Source of the DNA: a virus
Taxonomy: Duplodnaviria > Caudoviricetes
Length of the DNA stretch: 25,741 nt
Direction: 5' to 3' (one strand)
IMG/VR virus record: IMGVR_UViG_3300008629_000027
Location: 1 to 25,741 of that record
Under the pieces are notes generated by a model, which did no database searches, was not told where the DNA came from, and saw nothing but the letters and a program-made list of their open reading frames with translations. Made by a program: the position numbers and the translations under genes. Shown here piece after piece: positions 17,838-25,487 of the stretch (positions are counted from its first letter, which is position 1; every line of letters begins with the position of its first letter).

Positions 17838-17981
17838 CTATTGATTTCTCCATCTGGCCATCGCCCCCCAGAAGGAGCGGTGGCGGACAGACATTGAACG
17901 TATATCCTCTAGTGTGAACCCTGTATATACGCTGGCGATCAGATCGTAGTCCCAGTACACTGTTGTCAGGTTAACCGAATA
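17838..17981 (-). CDS. Tail assembly chaperone extension (gpT/DUF6760-like), probably reached by a +1 frameshift; alternatively a 40-aa ORF from GTG 17960
   Basis: YWDYDLIASVYTGFTLEDIRSMSVRHRSFW resembles the short post-chaperone helical ORF of contractile tails; fills the gap up to the tape measure ATG; no clear SD before the GTG. Confidence 0.68.
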   Translation of the reverse strand, partial: YSVNLTTVYWDYDLIASVYTGFTLEDIRSMSVRHRSFWGAMARWRNQ

Positions 17982-18774
17982 AAAGGTAGGCCCAATCCAA
18001 GACCATGGTGACAGTCTCACCACAGTGCGCGCACGGGGCATCCACCTCCTCAAGCGTCGGGCCGGGCTGATTGTCCACAATGGCACTTACGATCAAGCGC
18101 CGGTCGGCCAGCGAAAGGGCCCGGGCCCACTGCTGCTTGACAATATCGGAACGGTCGTCGTCCCAGACCACGCACTGGCTGATGATGGCGGTGTTCTGAG
18201 CGGGCATGGTGTCTCCCGCTCCAGCGATGATCTGGGCGTCCTTGCCGGTCGGGTAGCGGACCTGAACCTCGTGCCCGTCCCTGAGAGTGACCGTGCGGGT
18301 CTTCCTAGGGTCGGACTGGGGCTTCGTCACGGGAAAGTCCTTGTCAAGGTTGACCATGACATCACTCTTGCCCGAGCATGACGGGCAGGTGACGACGAAG
18401 GTTCGCACGTTGCCGTAGGTGGCCTTCACCACCCCGAGGAACAGGAGGTCCCGGTCCCCGACGATGAGGTTGTCAAGGATCAGAGGATCGTCTTTGATCC
18501 TCAAGGTCCCGATCCGCTCCACCGCTCTGGTGAGCAGGACCGAGGTGTACTCAGCGTAGGACAGGTCGTCCTTGGTGCTGAGTCGGGCGAGTTCCTCCTC
18601 GTCCTCCCCGGTCATCTCCCTGACGGTGGCCGTGGTCTGCCACTCTCCGCTCTCGGCATCGACCACTCCACGGATGAGTTCCACCGTCGTGGGTGCGGCC
18701 TTCCCGCCCTCGGGGGGTGGGTCCTGTAGTACTTCTTCTAGGGCCTCGGCCTGTGCGGCCAATTCAAGGCTCAT
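17971..18774 (-). CDS. Tail assembly chaperone / T4 gp26-like hub assembly protein with Zn-ribbon, 267 aa
   Basis: VREMTGEDEE, LIVGDRDLLFL...TYG, CPSC and CAHC pairs, VRYPTGKD; TAAGGAG SD; lies between tube and tape measure. Confidence 0.82.
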   Translation of the reverse strand: MSLELAAQAEALEEVLQDPPPEGGKAAPTTVELIRGVVDAESGEWQTTATVREMTGEDEEELARLSTKDDLSYAEYTSVLLTRAVERIGTLRIKDDPLILDNLIVGDRDLLFLGVVKATYGNVRTFVVTCPSCSGKSDVMVNLDKDFPVTKPQSDPRKTRTVTLRDGHEVQVRYPTGKDAQIIAGAGDTMPAQNTAIISQCVVWDDDRSDIVKQQWARALSLADRRLIVSAIVDNQPGPTLEEVDAPCAHCGETVTMVLDWAYLLFG

Positions 18775-18827
18775 GTATGGCTCCTTATGGGTTATCGTGT
18801 CAAGCGGTCAGTCATACTACCTTAAGT

Positions 18828-19505
18828 CTAGGTGCCGGGGGGGCCACCAGTGGTCGTGGGCGCTGCTTCACCGAAGCCTTCGTCTCCGTCCCAGAAGATT
18901 TGGAAACCCTCATGGTGCAACTGCAACTGCTGGATCAGCAGTCCGTTGTCACCAGCGTTGAGGTCACTCACCGAGTAGGAGCCGGGCCACGCATTGTACA
19001 GCATGATCTTGAGCCGCTTGGGGAGCGTGGGGCTGGCCGAAGCGCTGGGGTCCGTATCGTACTGAAAGCCGCTGCTCGTAGTGGGGTGGTCGAACACACT
19101 GATCTCCACACTGCATCGGTAATCTGAACCGCTCTCAGAGGCTGCGGCGGTACCGTTCCCCTTTGAGCCGTTGGTGATGAGCCCACCCTGCCACGCATGG
19201 ATGAACTGCTGCCAGCGGTACAACTGGGACTGGTTGGCGAACACGCCCCGTGCCAGAGACACGGGAGCGAAATCCGACTGTCCGACCATCTTGTGCGGGT
19301 GCGTGTTCATCCCGCCCTCACGGTACGGGATGACCTCGTTGGTGACGGCGATACCCGACATCTGGGCAAAGCCCAACTTGTCCAGCCCACCGCCCGAGGA
19401 TGCCGAAGCCAAATCGGCCAGTTCCTGATCGTTGGGAGTGATCTGCACACGGAACTTGAAGTTCCGCAGAGGATCGGTTCGGAGTGTTTGGTTGACTACT
19501 GTCAT
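18828..19505 (-). CDS. Tail tube protein (T4 gp19-like), 225 aa
   Basis: DPLRNFKFRV, GFAQMSGI, YREGG, VSLARGVF, LYNAWP..YSVSDLNA, LQLHHEG; GGAGG SD. Confidence 0.95.
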   Translation of the reverse strand: MTVVNQTLRTDPLRNFKFRVQITPNDQELADLASASSGGGLDKLGFAQMSGIAVTNEVIPYREGGMNTHPHKMVGQSDFAPVSLARGVFANQSQLYRWQQFIHAWQGGLITNGSKGNGTAAASESGSDYRCSVEISVFDHPTTSSGFQYDTDPSASASPTLPKRLKIMLYNAWPGSYSVSDLNAGDNGLLIQQLQLHHEGFQIFWDGDEGFGEAAPTTTGGPPGT

Positions 19506-19517
19506 CTATGGTCCTCC

Positions 19518-21431
19518 TTACAGGGCATCGACAGCGTTGGAACCGCCAGTCCACTGACTGACGTTGATGATCACGAACTCGGCCGGGTACTGGAGCGCCA
19601 GACCGACCTCCACGTGCAACTCACCGTTGGCCACGGTAGACGCCGTGTTGTTGGTGGTGTCGCAGGTGACGTAGAAGGCTTGGGCGGCGGTGCTGCCCTT
19701 GAGGCCCCTCCGTCCCCACAGGCCCCGCAGTTCCTGCTCCACAACCGCCACGACCCGCTGCCTGAGGTTGACATCGTTGGGCTCGAACGCAGCGAAGGCC
19801 GTGATGGCCTTCATGCGTGCCTTCACGAAGTTCAGAGTACGGCGGACCGGGATGTACTTGTCGGGCGAGACCCTAGCAAGGGTCCTCGTGCCGTTGACGA
19901 TGGCCCCCGTGCCCGGAACGAGGCGGACCGGGTTGATGTGGGCGTTGTACAGCGTCCCCTCGTCGGTCTCCGTGAAGTTGGCCGCCAGTGCGAAGACGTT
20001 GGCGAGGTCCAGACTCAGACCGGCCGGAGCCTTGGCCACCGAATGCAACCTCTCAGCCTTGCCGTAGACCGCCATGATGGCCCCACCGAGGGGAGCGGTC
20101 CGCAGAGCGGCCGGGCCCGTCTTGGTGGGATCAATGGTGGTCGCTGCGGGGTAGTAGACCGCTCCGTAGCCACTGTTGGTGTAGCCACCGACGGTCGTCA
20201 CGGCCGATGCGGCGGTGGTGACCGAGGTGTCGGGGTCGATGATCACGAAGCCCGTCCCACGGTTGGCAGCGTAGGAGAGGGCGTAGTTGACCTCAGCAGC
20301 GGCCGAGCGGCCCGGGAGGTTGATGACGAGGTCACCCGTCACCTGATCCAGATAGGCCAAGGCCGTGCTGTAGTCCGCTGCAACCACAGCGGTACCATCG
20401 GAGCCACCGACCAAGTCGTACGTGCCTGCCGTGATGGCCGTGCTGGTGGCCTTCGTGGGCGTGGCGACGCTGGACACGGTCAGGTAGTCCGAATAGTTGT
20501 TGAGGAGGGTGGCGACGTAGCGGCTGTTGTTCGGGTCGATACTGACCTCGGTCCAGCGCTCCTTCTCTGCCCCGTCCAACTTGACGACCATGGTGAAGGT
20601 GCCGTAGGTGGAAGCGGAGGCCGCTTCCGACCCGGCCGTGACCTCCACAGACAGGTCGCTGCTCCACGCTCCAGCGTTGTCGGCCGTGAGGAGGAAGTAA
20701 TTGATAGTGGTACTCTCATCAGTACCACGAACGTACCCGGTCGCCTTCTCGGCCTTGCCCGAGGTGGCGCCGCCCGCAAGGGTGTAGTCAACCTCAGAGG
20801 AGAAGGAGGAATTGAACTTGGCACCAGTGACGTTGGAGTCCGTGGGCTGTGCCGACACCGTAATGTACTTCGACCCCGTGACAGCATCATTGATAACCAT
20901 CGTGGCTGAAGTTTCCCCGGTGTTGTTGGAGAAGGTGAGTCCGAGACCTCCTCTATTGAAGATTTCCTTGGTGACACCCTTGTACTTGACAACAACGTCA
21001 AGGAGACCTGAACCCCCGTTAGTGCTAGAGTCGGGGTTATTGGAGTTCTTGGTGCAATGAACTGACACGTTGTCCCCGTCTGCACCAGCCAACTTGGACG
21101 TGGCCGTGAACAGCGAATTGCTCCCGTGCGTCAGGGCAAGCGACGAATCGGTGTTGGCAGCGGTGCTGGCGGTGATCGTGCGGACCACGTAGCACTCAAC
21201 GCCCCCGTTCGAGAAGTACTGGTACACGCTGTACCCGAGTTCGTACGAGGAATTGATGTCACCGAAGATACTCACGAAGGAGTTCCACGAGGTGACGAGG
21301 ACCGGCTTCCCGACCGGTCCACGGGTGGACTGCCCCACAAACGAGGCGGTGGTTCGCCCGGAACGGTTCGTGACGACGGCCTTCAGAGGGCTCTCGTTCA
21401 CGTACACACCGGGTCGTGCGTAGGCTGGCAT
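19518..21431 (-). CDS. Contractile tail sheath protein, 637 aa
   Basis: YARPGVYVNE, FVGQSTRGP, YFSNGG, GAVYYP, KAPAG, INPVR, GTRTL, YIPVRR, FEPND, PAEFVII; TAAGGAG SD. Confidence 0.97.
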   Translation of the reverse strand: MPAYARPGVYVNESPLKAVVTNRSGRTTASFVGQSTRGPVGKPVLVTSWNSFVSIFGDINSSYELGYSVYQYFSNGGVECYVVRTITASTAANTDSSLALTHGSNSLFTATSKLAGADGDNVSVHCTKNSNNPDSSTNGGSGLLDVVVKYKGVTKEIFNRGGLGLTFSNNTGETSATMVINDAVTGSKYITVSAQPTDSNVTGAKFNSSFSSEVDYTLAGGATSGKAEKATGYVRGTDESTTINYFLLTADNAGAWSSDLSVEVTAGSEAASASTYGTFTMVVKLDGAEKERWTEVSIDPNNSRYVATLLNNYSDYLTVSSVATPTKATSTAITAGTYDLVGGSDGTAVVAADYSTALAYLDQVTGDLVINLPGRSAAAEVNYALSYAANRGTGFVIIDPDTSVTTAASAVTTVGGYTNSGYGAVYYPAATTIDPTKTGPAALRTAPLGGAIMAVYGKAERLHSVAKAPAGLSLDLANVFALAANFTETDEGTLYNAHINPVRLVPGTGAIVNGTRTLARVSPDKYIPVRRTLNFVKARMKAITAFAAFEPNDVNLRQRVVAVVEQELRGLWGRRGLKGSTAAQAFYVTCDTTNNTASTVANGELHVEVGLALQYPAEFVIINVSQWTGGSNAVDAL

Positions 21432-21463
21432 TACAACTTCTCCTTAACGGTAGGTTACGGGTT

Positions 21464-22180
21464 TCACGACAGGACATCCGTAGTGATCTTGTCCTTGAAG
21501 ATGACCTCAGCGTCAGACGTGACCTGACCGAGGCCCATGAGGTTGGAGGACGGAATCTCCGACGTTACAGAAAGGCTGTAGACCTTCCTGAAGATTCTCT
21601 TCTTGAATCCGGCTTCTTCATCGAGCATGTCTGCGCTTCTCCAGTCCAGCAGGTCCATGTGCCTGTGGGTCTTGTCGATGCCCACAGCGAGATAGCCCCT
21701 ACGGAAGGGGGCCACCTTGGTCAGGATGTGGGACTGGAGAGCACGGTCGTGCAGCGCAGAGCGGGTGAACGTGGTGACCTGATACAACAGGTCCACGGGC
21801 GTGTGCTCCATGGCGCTGACAAAGGGCGAAGACGATGACCCGCCGTGCGTGAGGGTCGTCACGTCGGTGGTCTCGTTGGGCCAGTAGGTGAAGGTCCCAC
21901 TGGCAGACTCGGTGTAGTGGTTGGCAGGCTGACCAGAGGGGGCCGTCCCCACGAAGGCGTAGATGATGTTGTCGGAGTGCTGGCGGTTGGTGGCGTGATT
22001 GATGTCCAGCAGTTCAATGGTGATGAACGGGTACTTTCTCTCAGTCTCGCCCTCGGGATAGCGAAAGAACACCTGAACGTCACGGGTGGTGTCCCGGTCG
22101 TCCACGAGTTGGATGCCACTGAACTTGGTCTTGATGGCCTGATCCTCGGCCAGAAGGAACCCGCTACGGTTAGTCGGCAC
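21464..22180 (-). CDS. Putative tail terminator/completion protein (~238 aa)
   Basis: GTG at 22180 after GGAGG (MPTNRSGFLLAED...); YPFITIELLD and PVDLLYQVTT patterns; immediately upstream of the sheath. Confidence 0.7.
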   Translation of the reverse strand: MPTNRSGFLLAEDQAIKTKFSGIQLVDDRDTTRDVQVFFRYPEGETERKYPFITIELLDINHATNRQHSDNIIYAFVGTAPSGQPANHYTESASGTFTYWPNETTDVTTLTHGGSSSSPFVSAMEHTPVDLLYQVTTFTRSALHDRALQSHILTKVAPFRRGYLAVGIDKTHRHMDLLDWRSADMLDEEAGFKKRIFRKVYSLSVTSEIPSSNLMGLGQVTSDAEVIFKDKITTDVLS

Positions 22181-22607
22181 CGACGACCACCTCCCCCATG
22201 GCACGACGAGCGCCCTTGCCCACCTTCTTGGCGATCTCCTCGCCCTCCTTGAACAGGGTCCTACGAACGAAGGCCCGGGGCGGGGTCTTGTCGTCCCCGT
22301 ACTCCAGACGCTGGGCACGGTCCTTCAGGCGCTCCGGCACGTCGAAGAGACCGAACACCAGTTCGCCCTCCTCGTCCTCGTTCTCCACCACATCGTAGTA
22401 GCGGGCGAGTTGGCGGTAGTCGCCGTCCCGGTCCAGACGCTCTCGGGCATCATGGACGTGCTCCTCTAGAACATCATTCATGGAGTACTCCAGAATGGAA
22501 GGGAGCCGGGTCAGGAGGTAACTGGCGTACTCCACGGCCGCAGGAATGCCAGAGATCATGGCACCAGAGGAAACAGGGACATCATCGAATGTAGGCGTTT
22601 CAGCCAT
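22170..22607 (-). CDS. Putative neck/tail-completion protein (HK97 gp10-like), 145 aa
   Basis: ATG at 22607 after AGGAG; AQRLEYGD..TPPRAFVR resembles the EYGT...PFLR motif; synteny. Confidence 0.62.
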   Translation of the reverse strand: MAETPTFDDVPVSSGAMISGIPAAVEYASYLLTRLPSILEYSMNDVLEEHVHDARERLDRDGDYRQLARYYDVVENEDEEGELVFGLFDVPERLKDRAQRLEYGDDKTPPRAFVRRTLFKEGEEIAKKVGKGARRAMGEVVVGAD

Positions 22608-22675
22608 ACGCTCTCCTAGCGTTCCTCTGGGCAGTTGAGAGGGACCGGCGCTCACCGGAACCTAGACTAATGATA
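22608..22675 (-). promoter_or_regulatory. Candidate -10 box (TATCAT, 22670-22675) followed by a structured 5' leader
   Basis: Largest intergenic gap in the window; contains several inverted repeats and the AGGAG SD. Confidence 0.42.
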
Positions 22676-22681
22676 CACCAT

Positions 22682-23992
22682 TCAGGAGAAGTCTGGGTCG
22701 GGGTCGGGGTGATCGCCTCTGAGGATGCTTGCCCAATCTTGCATCTGTCTTTGCCATGCACTGTGGGCGATGCGTACCATATCCGGTGCGAACTCAATGT
22801 TCCTTTTATTCGTATCCTCATCCGAGGCCCAGAGCCCGAGGCGATCCTCTCGTGGCTCCGAAACCAACTCCGAGTGCCGTCCCGTCCAAGCGTTTGGGTC
22901 TAAGCGCTCAGGCGGGTTGTCAAACTGGTGCATACTTAGGTACCCGCCTCCAGCCAACTGTGCGTACTGGCCGTGCGTAGCCATCACGCCTCCGGGAGCA
23001 TTGTGTGTGACCTGACCCTGCTCGCTGACGTGACCCCCGCCGGGCCATTCTCCAGCGTCCGTGAACGCCTCCTCTGGTATATATGACTTTACGAAGACAT
23101 GGGCGTTACCGGTGGTTGCGTCTATTGCCTCGCCGGGAGTCGATATGTTTCTACGTAGGGGGGGACGAGAATGGTCCTCAGGGGGGCTGTCGTGCTCAAG
23201 TTCAACAAGGAACGATGGTCTAGCCAACCGGTACCCGGGAGTGAACAATGCTGAGGTTTCCTCTCCCTCCACGGGCCTGCCTATGTCCATATCCGGTGAG
23301 GCAAGAAACTTGTAATGGAAAGAGTCACGACCCACGTCAGCCAAGTACTTTTCGTCAGTCTCATCCTCCTTCCACGTACCTCCCCATTTGTTCACCGGGT
23401 CCCCAGCACGTCGAGGTGGCCTGTGAAATGCTGGTCTTATCAAGCGCTGGCCTAAGACCGGGATGTTTATAGGGCCTGCTTTACTTGCCGAGTCTTCGTC
23501 TTTCATACGCAAGTCATAAACATCAGACGGCCTGACACGCTGGTCTCTAGCGTATATATCCTCCCATCCCGGGCGGTCTGACCAAGGACTGGTGACCACT
23601 CTCAGAACGCCTCGTGCCTCAGAGAGCAGGCCGCCCCGCCCCTCTGACTCGGGGTGCTCGCCCGGTTGCCAGTCGTTGGCTGAAGGGGTCCCTAGGAAGC
23701 GGGAGGGCCTCAAGATCATGTGCTCCGTACGGGGCACCTCCCAGTCCCCGAACTGATCAGAGGAGTATCTCCTGCTAACGCCTTCTAGGCTAGCCGGGGG
23801 GGTCTCCTCCCAGTCTGACGTGGGGTGGAAGGTTATACCTATTTCCTCGCTCATCACCTCGTTTGCCATGGGCACATAATCTGGCCGAAGCACGTCCGGG
23901 TCTACGCCTAAGCGCTGTAGGTCCTCAATGTGGCTGACACCGAGGGAGAACCCCGGGAGGCCCGTCCCGTAATGCACTGGGCGCTGCGTCAT
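22682..23992 (-). CDS. Hypothetical acidic, Pro/Gly-rich protein (436 aa) inserted in the neck module
   Basis: Long ORF with an ATGA overlap on the upstream stop (start MTQRP at 23992); no recognisable domain. Confidence 0.8.
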   Translation of the reverse strand: MTQRPVHYGTGLPGFSLGVSHIEDLQRLGVDPDVLRPDYVPMANEVMSEEIGITFHPTSDWEETPPASLEGVSRRYSSDQFGDWEVPRTEHMILRPSRFLGTPSANDWQPGEHPESEGRGGLLSEARGVLRVVTSPWSDRPGWEDIYARDQRVRPSDVYDLRMKDEDSASKAGPINIPVLGQRLIRPAFHRPPRRAGDPVNKWGGTWKEDETDEKYLADVGRDSFHYKFLASPDMDIGRPVEGEETSALFTPGYRLARPSFLVELEHDSPPEDHSRPPLRRNISTPGEAIDATTGNAHVFVKSYIPEEAFTDAGEWPGGGHVSEQGQVTHNAPGGVMATHGQYAQLAGGGYLSMHQFDNPPERLDPNAWTGRHSELVSEPREDRLGLWASDEDTNKRNIEFAPDMVRIAHSAWQRQMQDWASILRGDHPDPDPDFS

Positions 23993-24525
23993 GCCGGGAA
24001 CGTCGCTGGCCAAGCGTAGTCGGTCGTAGCCAGTGTGGTGGGCCCGGGATCAAAGGCGAACTCTTGATCCACGTACTTCTCGATGCCCTCGAAGGCGATG
24101 ATCACGTCGTCCCTGCCACGGCCACGGATACGGTACATGGTGACCGAGTAGTACCGGCCATCATAGAAAAACATGTCGTTCAGGTGCTTACGGTACTCCG
24201 TGGCGTCACTGATACCAGCGTCACGCATGTCCTTGACGGAAACGACCCCGTTGACGGTCTGGAGCGGGTGACGGCCATCGGGCATGGCCCGCTTGGTGTC
24301 CTCGTTCTCCTGAACCTGAATGACCGGAACGACAACGCCGGTCTGGTACTGAAGACCGCCGGTAGACGACAGACCCTCGTCGTAAACATCGTCGTAGAGG
24401 CTGTCGGTTCCAGCGGTCGTACCGAAGGGTTGCAACTCGTACCAGACGACGATCTCGCCAGTGTCCTTGTGGTACCGGCGGTAGTTGTCCCAGACGTGCT
24501 CGACCTCTCTACGCACGTCAACCAT
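23989..24525 (-). CDS. Putative head closure/stopper protein, 178 aa
   Basis: Follows the adaptor candidate with a TAATG overlap; DDVYDEG and HLNDMFFYDGRYYSV...RGR beta-barrel-like pattern; function from synteny. Confidence 0.6.
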   Translation of the reverse strand: MVDVRREVEHVWDNYRRYHKDTGEIVVWYELQPFGTTAGTDSLYDDVYDEGLSSTGGLQYQTGVVVPVIQVQENEDTKRAMPDGRHPLQTVNGVVSVKDMRDAGISDATEYRKHLNDMFFYDGRYYSVTMYRIRGRGRDDVIIAFEGIEKYVDQEFAFDPGPTTLATTDYAWPATFPA

Positions 24526-25322
24526 TACGGATACCTAAACGCCTGAACGTAACCCTCGGGAGGATCGCCGTCGATGAACACGTCGGTCCGCAGTTCGTCC
24601 TGCTCCTCAGCGATGGCGATCTGGCCGTCGTCAATCGGGGACCAGATGCGCTCAATCGGGCCGTAATCGCCCAGTTCACGAGACTTCTGGACCGGGACCA
24701 GCCGGTTGGTGGTGCGGGAGGTCCGGCGCAGGTTGAAGACTTCGATACGATCCAGACCAATGTTGAGGGCCCGAGCCTTCTTCTCGTACTCGGTGGTCCA
24801 GTAGGTCAGCAACTGCTGTACCATGCGGAACCTCTGGCTGGCCGGGATGTGGACCGCCTCAGAGGTCGTAATGTCGATGTCCCGACTGTACTCCGTCATA
24901 AGTCCCCAGAGGGACTCAATCATAGCGTCAATACCGACAACGTCCTTGACCACAGCCGACAACTGCTCGGCGTCCATGTCCAAGTTGTGCAGGTGCTGGT
25001 TCAGGGCCAGTTTGGCGTAGAAGGTCAGGTCGGCAGGGAGTAGCCACTCAAAGTAGTACCCCTCTACCAGAACCTTGGTTCCTGACGCCTGAGACGAAGC
25101 CAGACGTAGAAGCCCGTTACGATCATCAAGAGAGTACTGGCTACTAGACAGGGGTGTCGTCGTACCGCTAGCATAGGTTGCTACCCAGAGTTTAGTTGAA
25201 TCCACATTGAGATGGCCGAGATCGAAGGTCCGGCCGACGGCGTCGAAGTCCAACTGGAAGAACCTCGGGAAGTCCCTGAGGTAGTTCCGGGCAACCGTCT
25301 CGATGTCTGTCAGCGCCGTCAT
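24525..25322 (-). CDS. Putative head-tail adaptor (connector) protein, 265 aa
   Basis: Helical N- and C-terminal parts flanking a small beta insert (YSLDDRNGLLRL...VLVEGYY); first gene of the neck cluster; function from synteny. Confidence 0.6.
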   Translation of the reverse strand: MTALTDIETVARNYLRDFPRFFQLDFDAVGRTFDLGHLNVDSTKLWVATYASGTTTPLSSSQYSLDDRNGLLRLASSQASGTKVLVEGYYFEWLLPADLTFYAKLALNQHLHNLDMDAEQLSAVVKDVVGIDAMIESLWGLMTEYSRDIDITTSEAVHIPASQRFRMVQQLLTYWTTEYEKKARALNIGLDRIEVFNLRRTSRTTNRLVPVQKSRELGDYGPIERIWSPIDDGQIAIAEEQDELRTDVFIDGDPPEGYVQAFRYP

Positions 25323-25334
25323 AAGGCCAGTTTA
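25323..25334 (-). promoter_or_regulatory. Candidate leaderless promoter (-10 TAAACT, 6 nt before ATG)
   Basis: TAG TAG TAAACT GGCCTT ATG with no SD sequence. Confidence 0.45.
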
Positions 25335-25337
25335 CTA

Positions 25338-25487
25338 CTATTGAGCGGAGTCCGCTCCGGGGACCGAGTCCTGCCCGGGCTGGTTGATGGCCGGGTAGGT
25401 GTCACGTAGCCGGGCCGCCATGGTGTGTCTCACGAGGACAATGTGGGTAGGAGAATACGTGTTGTCTGGCTTGGGCAGGTCAGCCAT
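25338..25487 (-). CDS. Small hypothetical protein, 49 aa (MADLPKPDNT...)
   Basis: ATG overlaps the upstream stop (ATGGCTGA) and is preceded by GGAG; ends in three consecutive stop codons. Confidence 0.6.
   Translation of the reverse strand: MADLPKPDNTYSPTHIVLVRHTMAARLRDTYPAINQPGQDSVPGADSAQ

Noticed and set aside
19197-20909. 570-aa plus-strand ORF (also 349-1485, 5657-6481, 4859-5584, 2658-3344 and similar)
   Set aside because: Antisense shadows of well-supported high-GC3 minus-strand genes; V/G/H/D-rich translations with no motifs.
4388-22180. Interpretation as a stand-alone eCIS/tailocin/T6SS locus
   Set aside because: Head-tail joining candidates and a helicase/primase/loader cluster are contiguous, and no eCIS ATPase or T6SS membrane complex is seen. 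Capsid and terminase are not in the window, so this is not fully excluded.
23960-23992. PVHYGT as an ADP-ribosyltransferase first strand (YHGT-like)
   Set aside because: Residue order differs and no downstream ART motifs were recognised.
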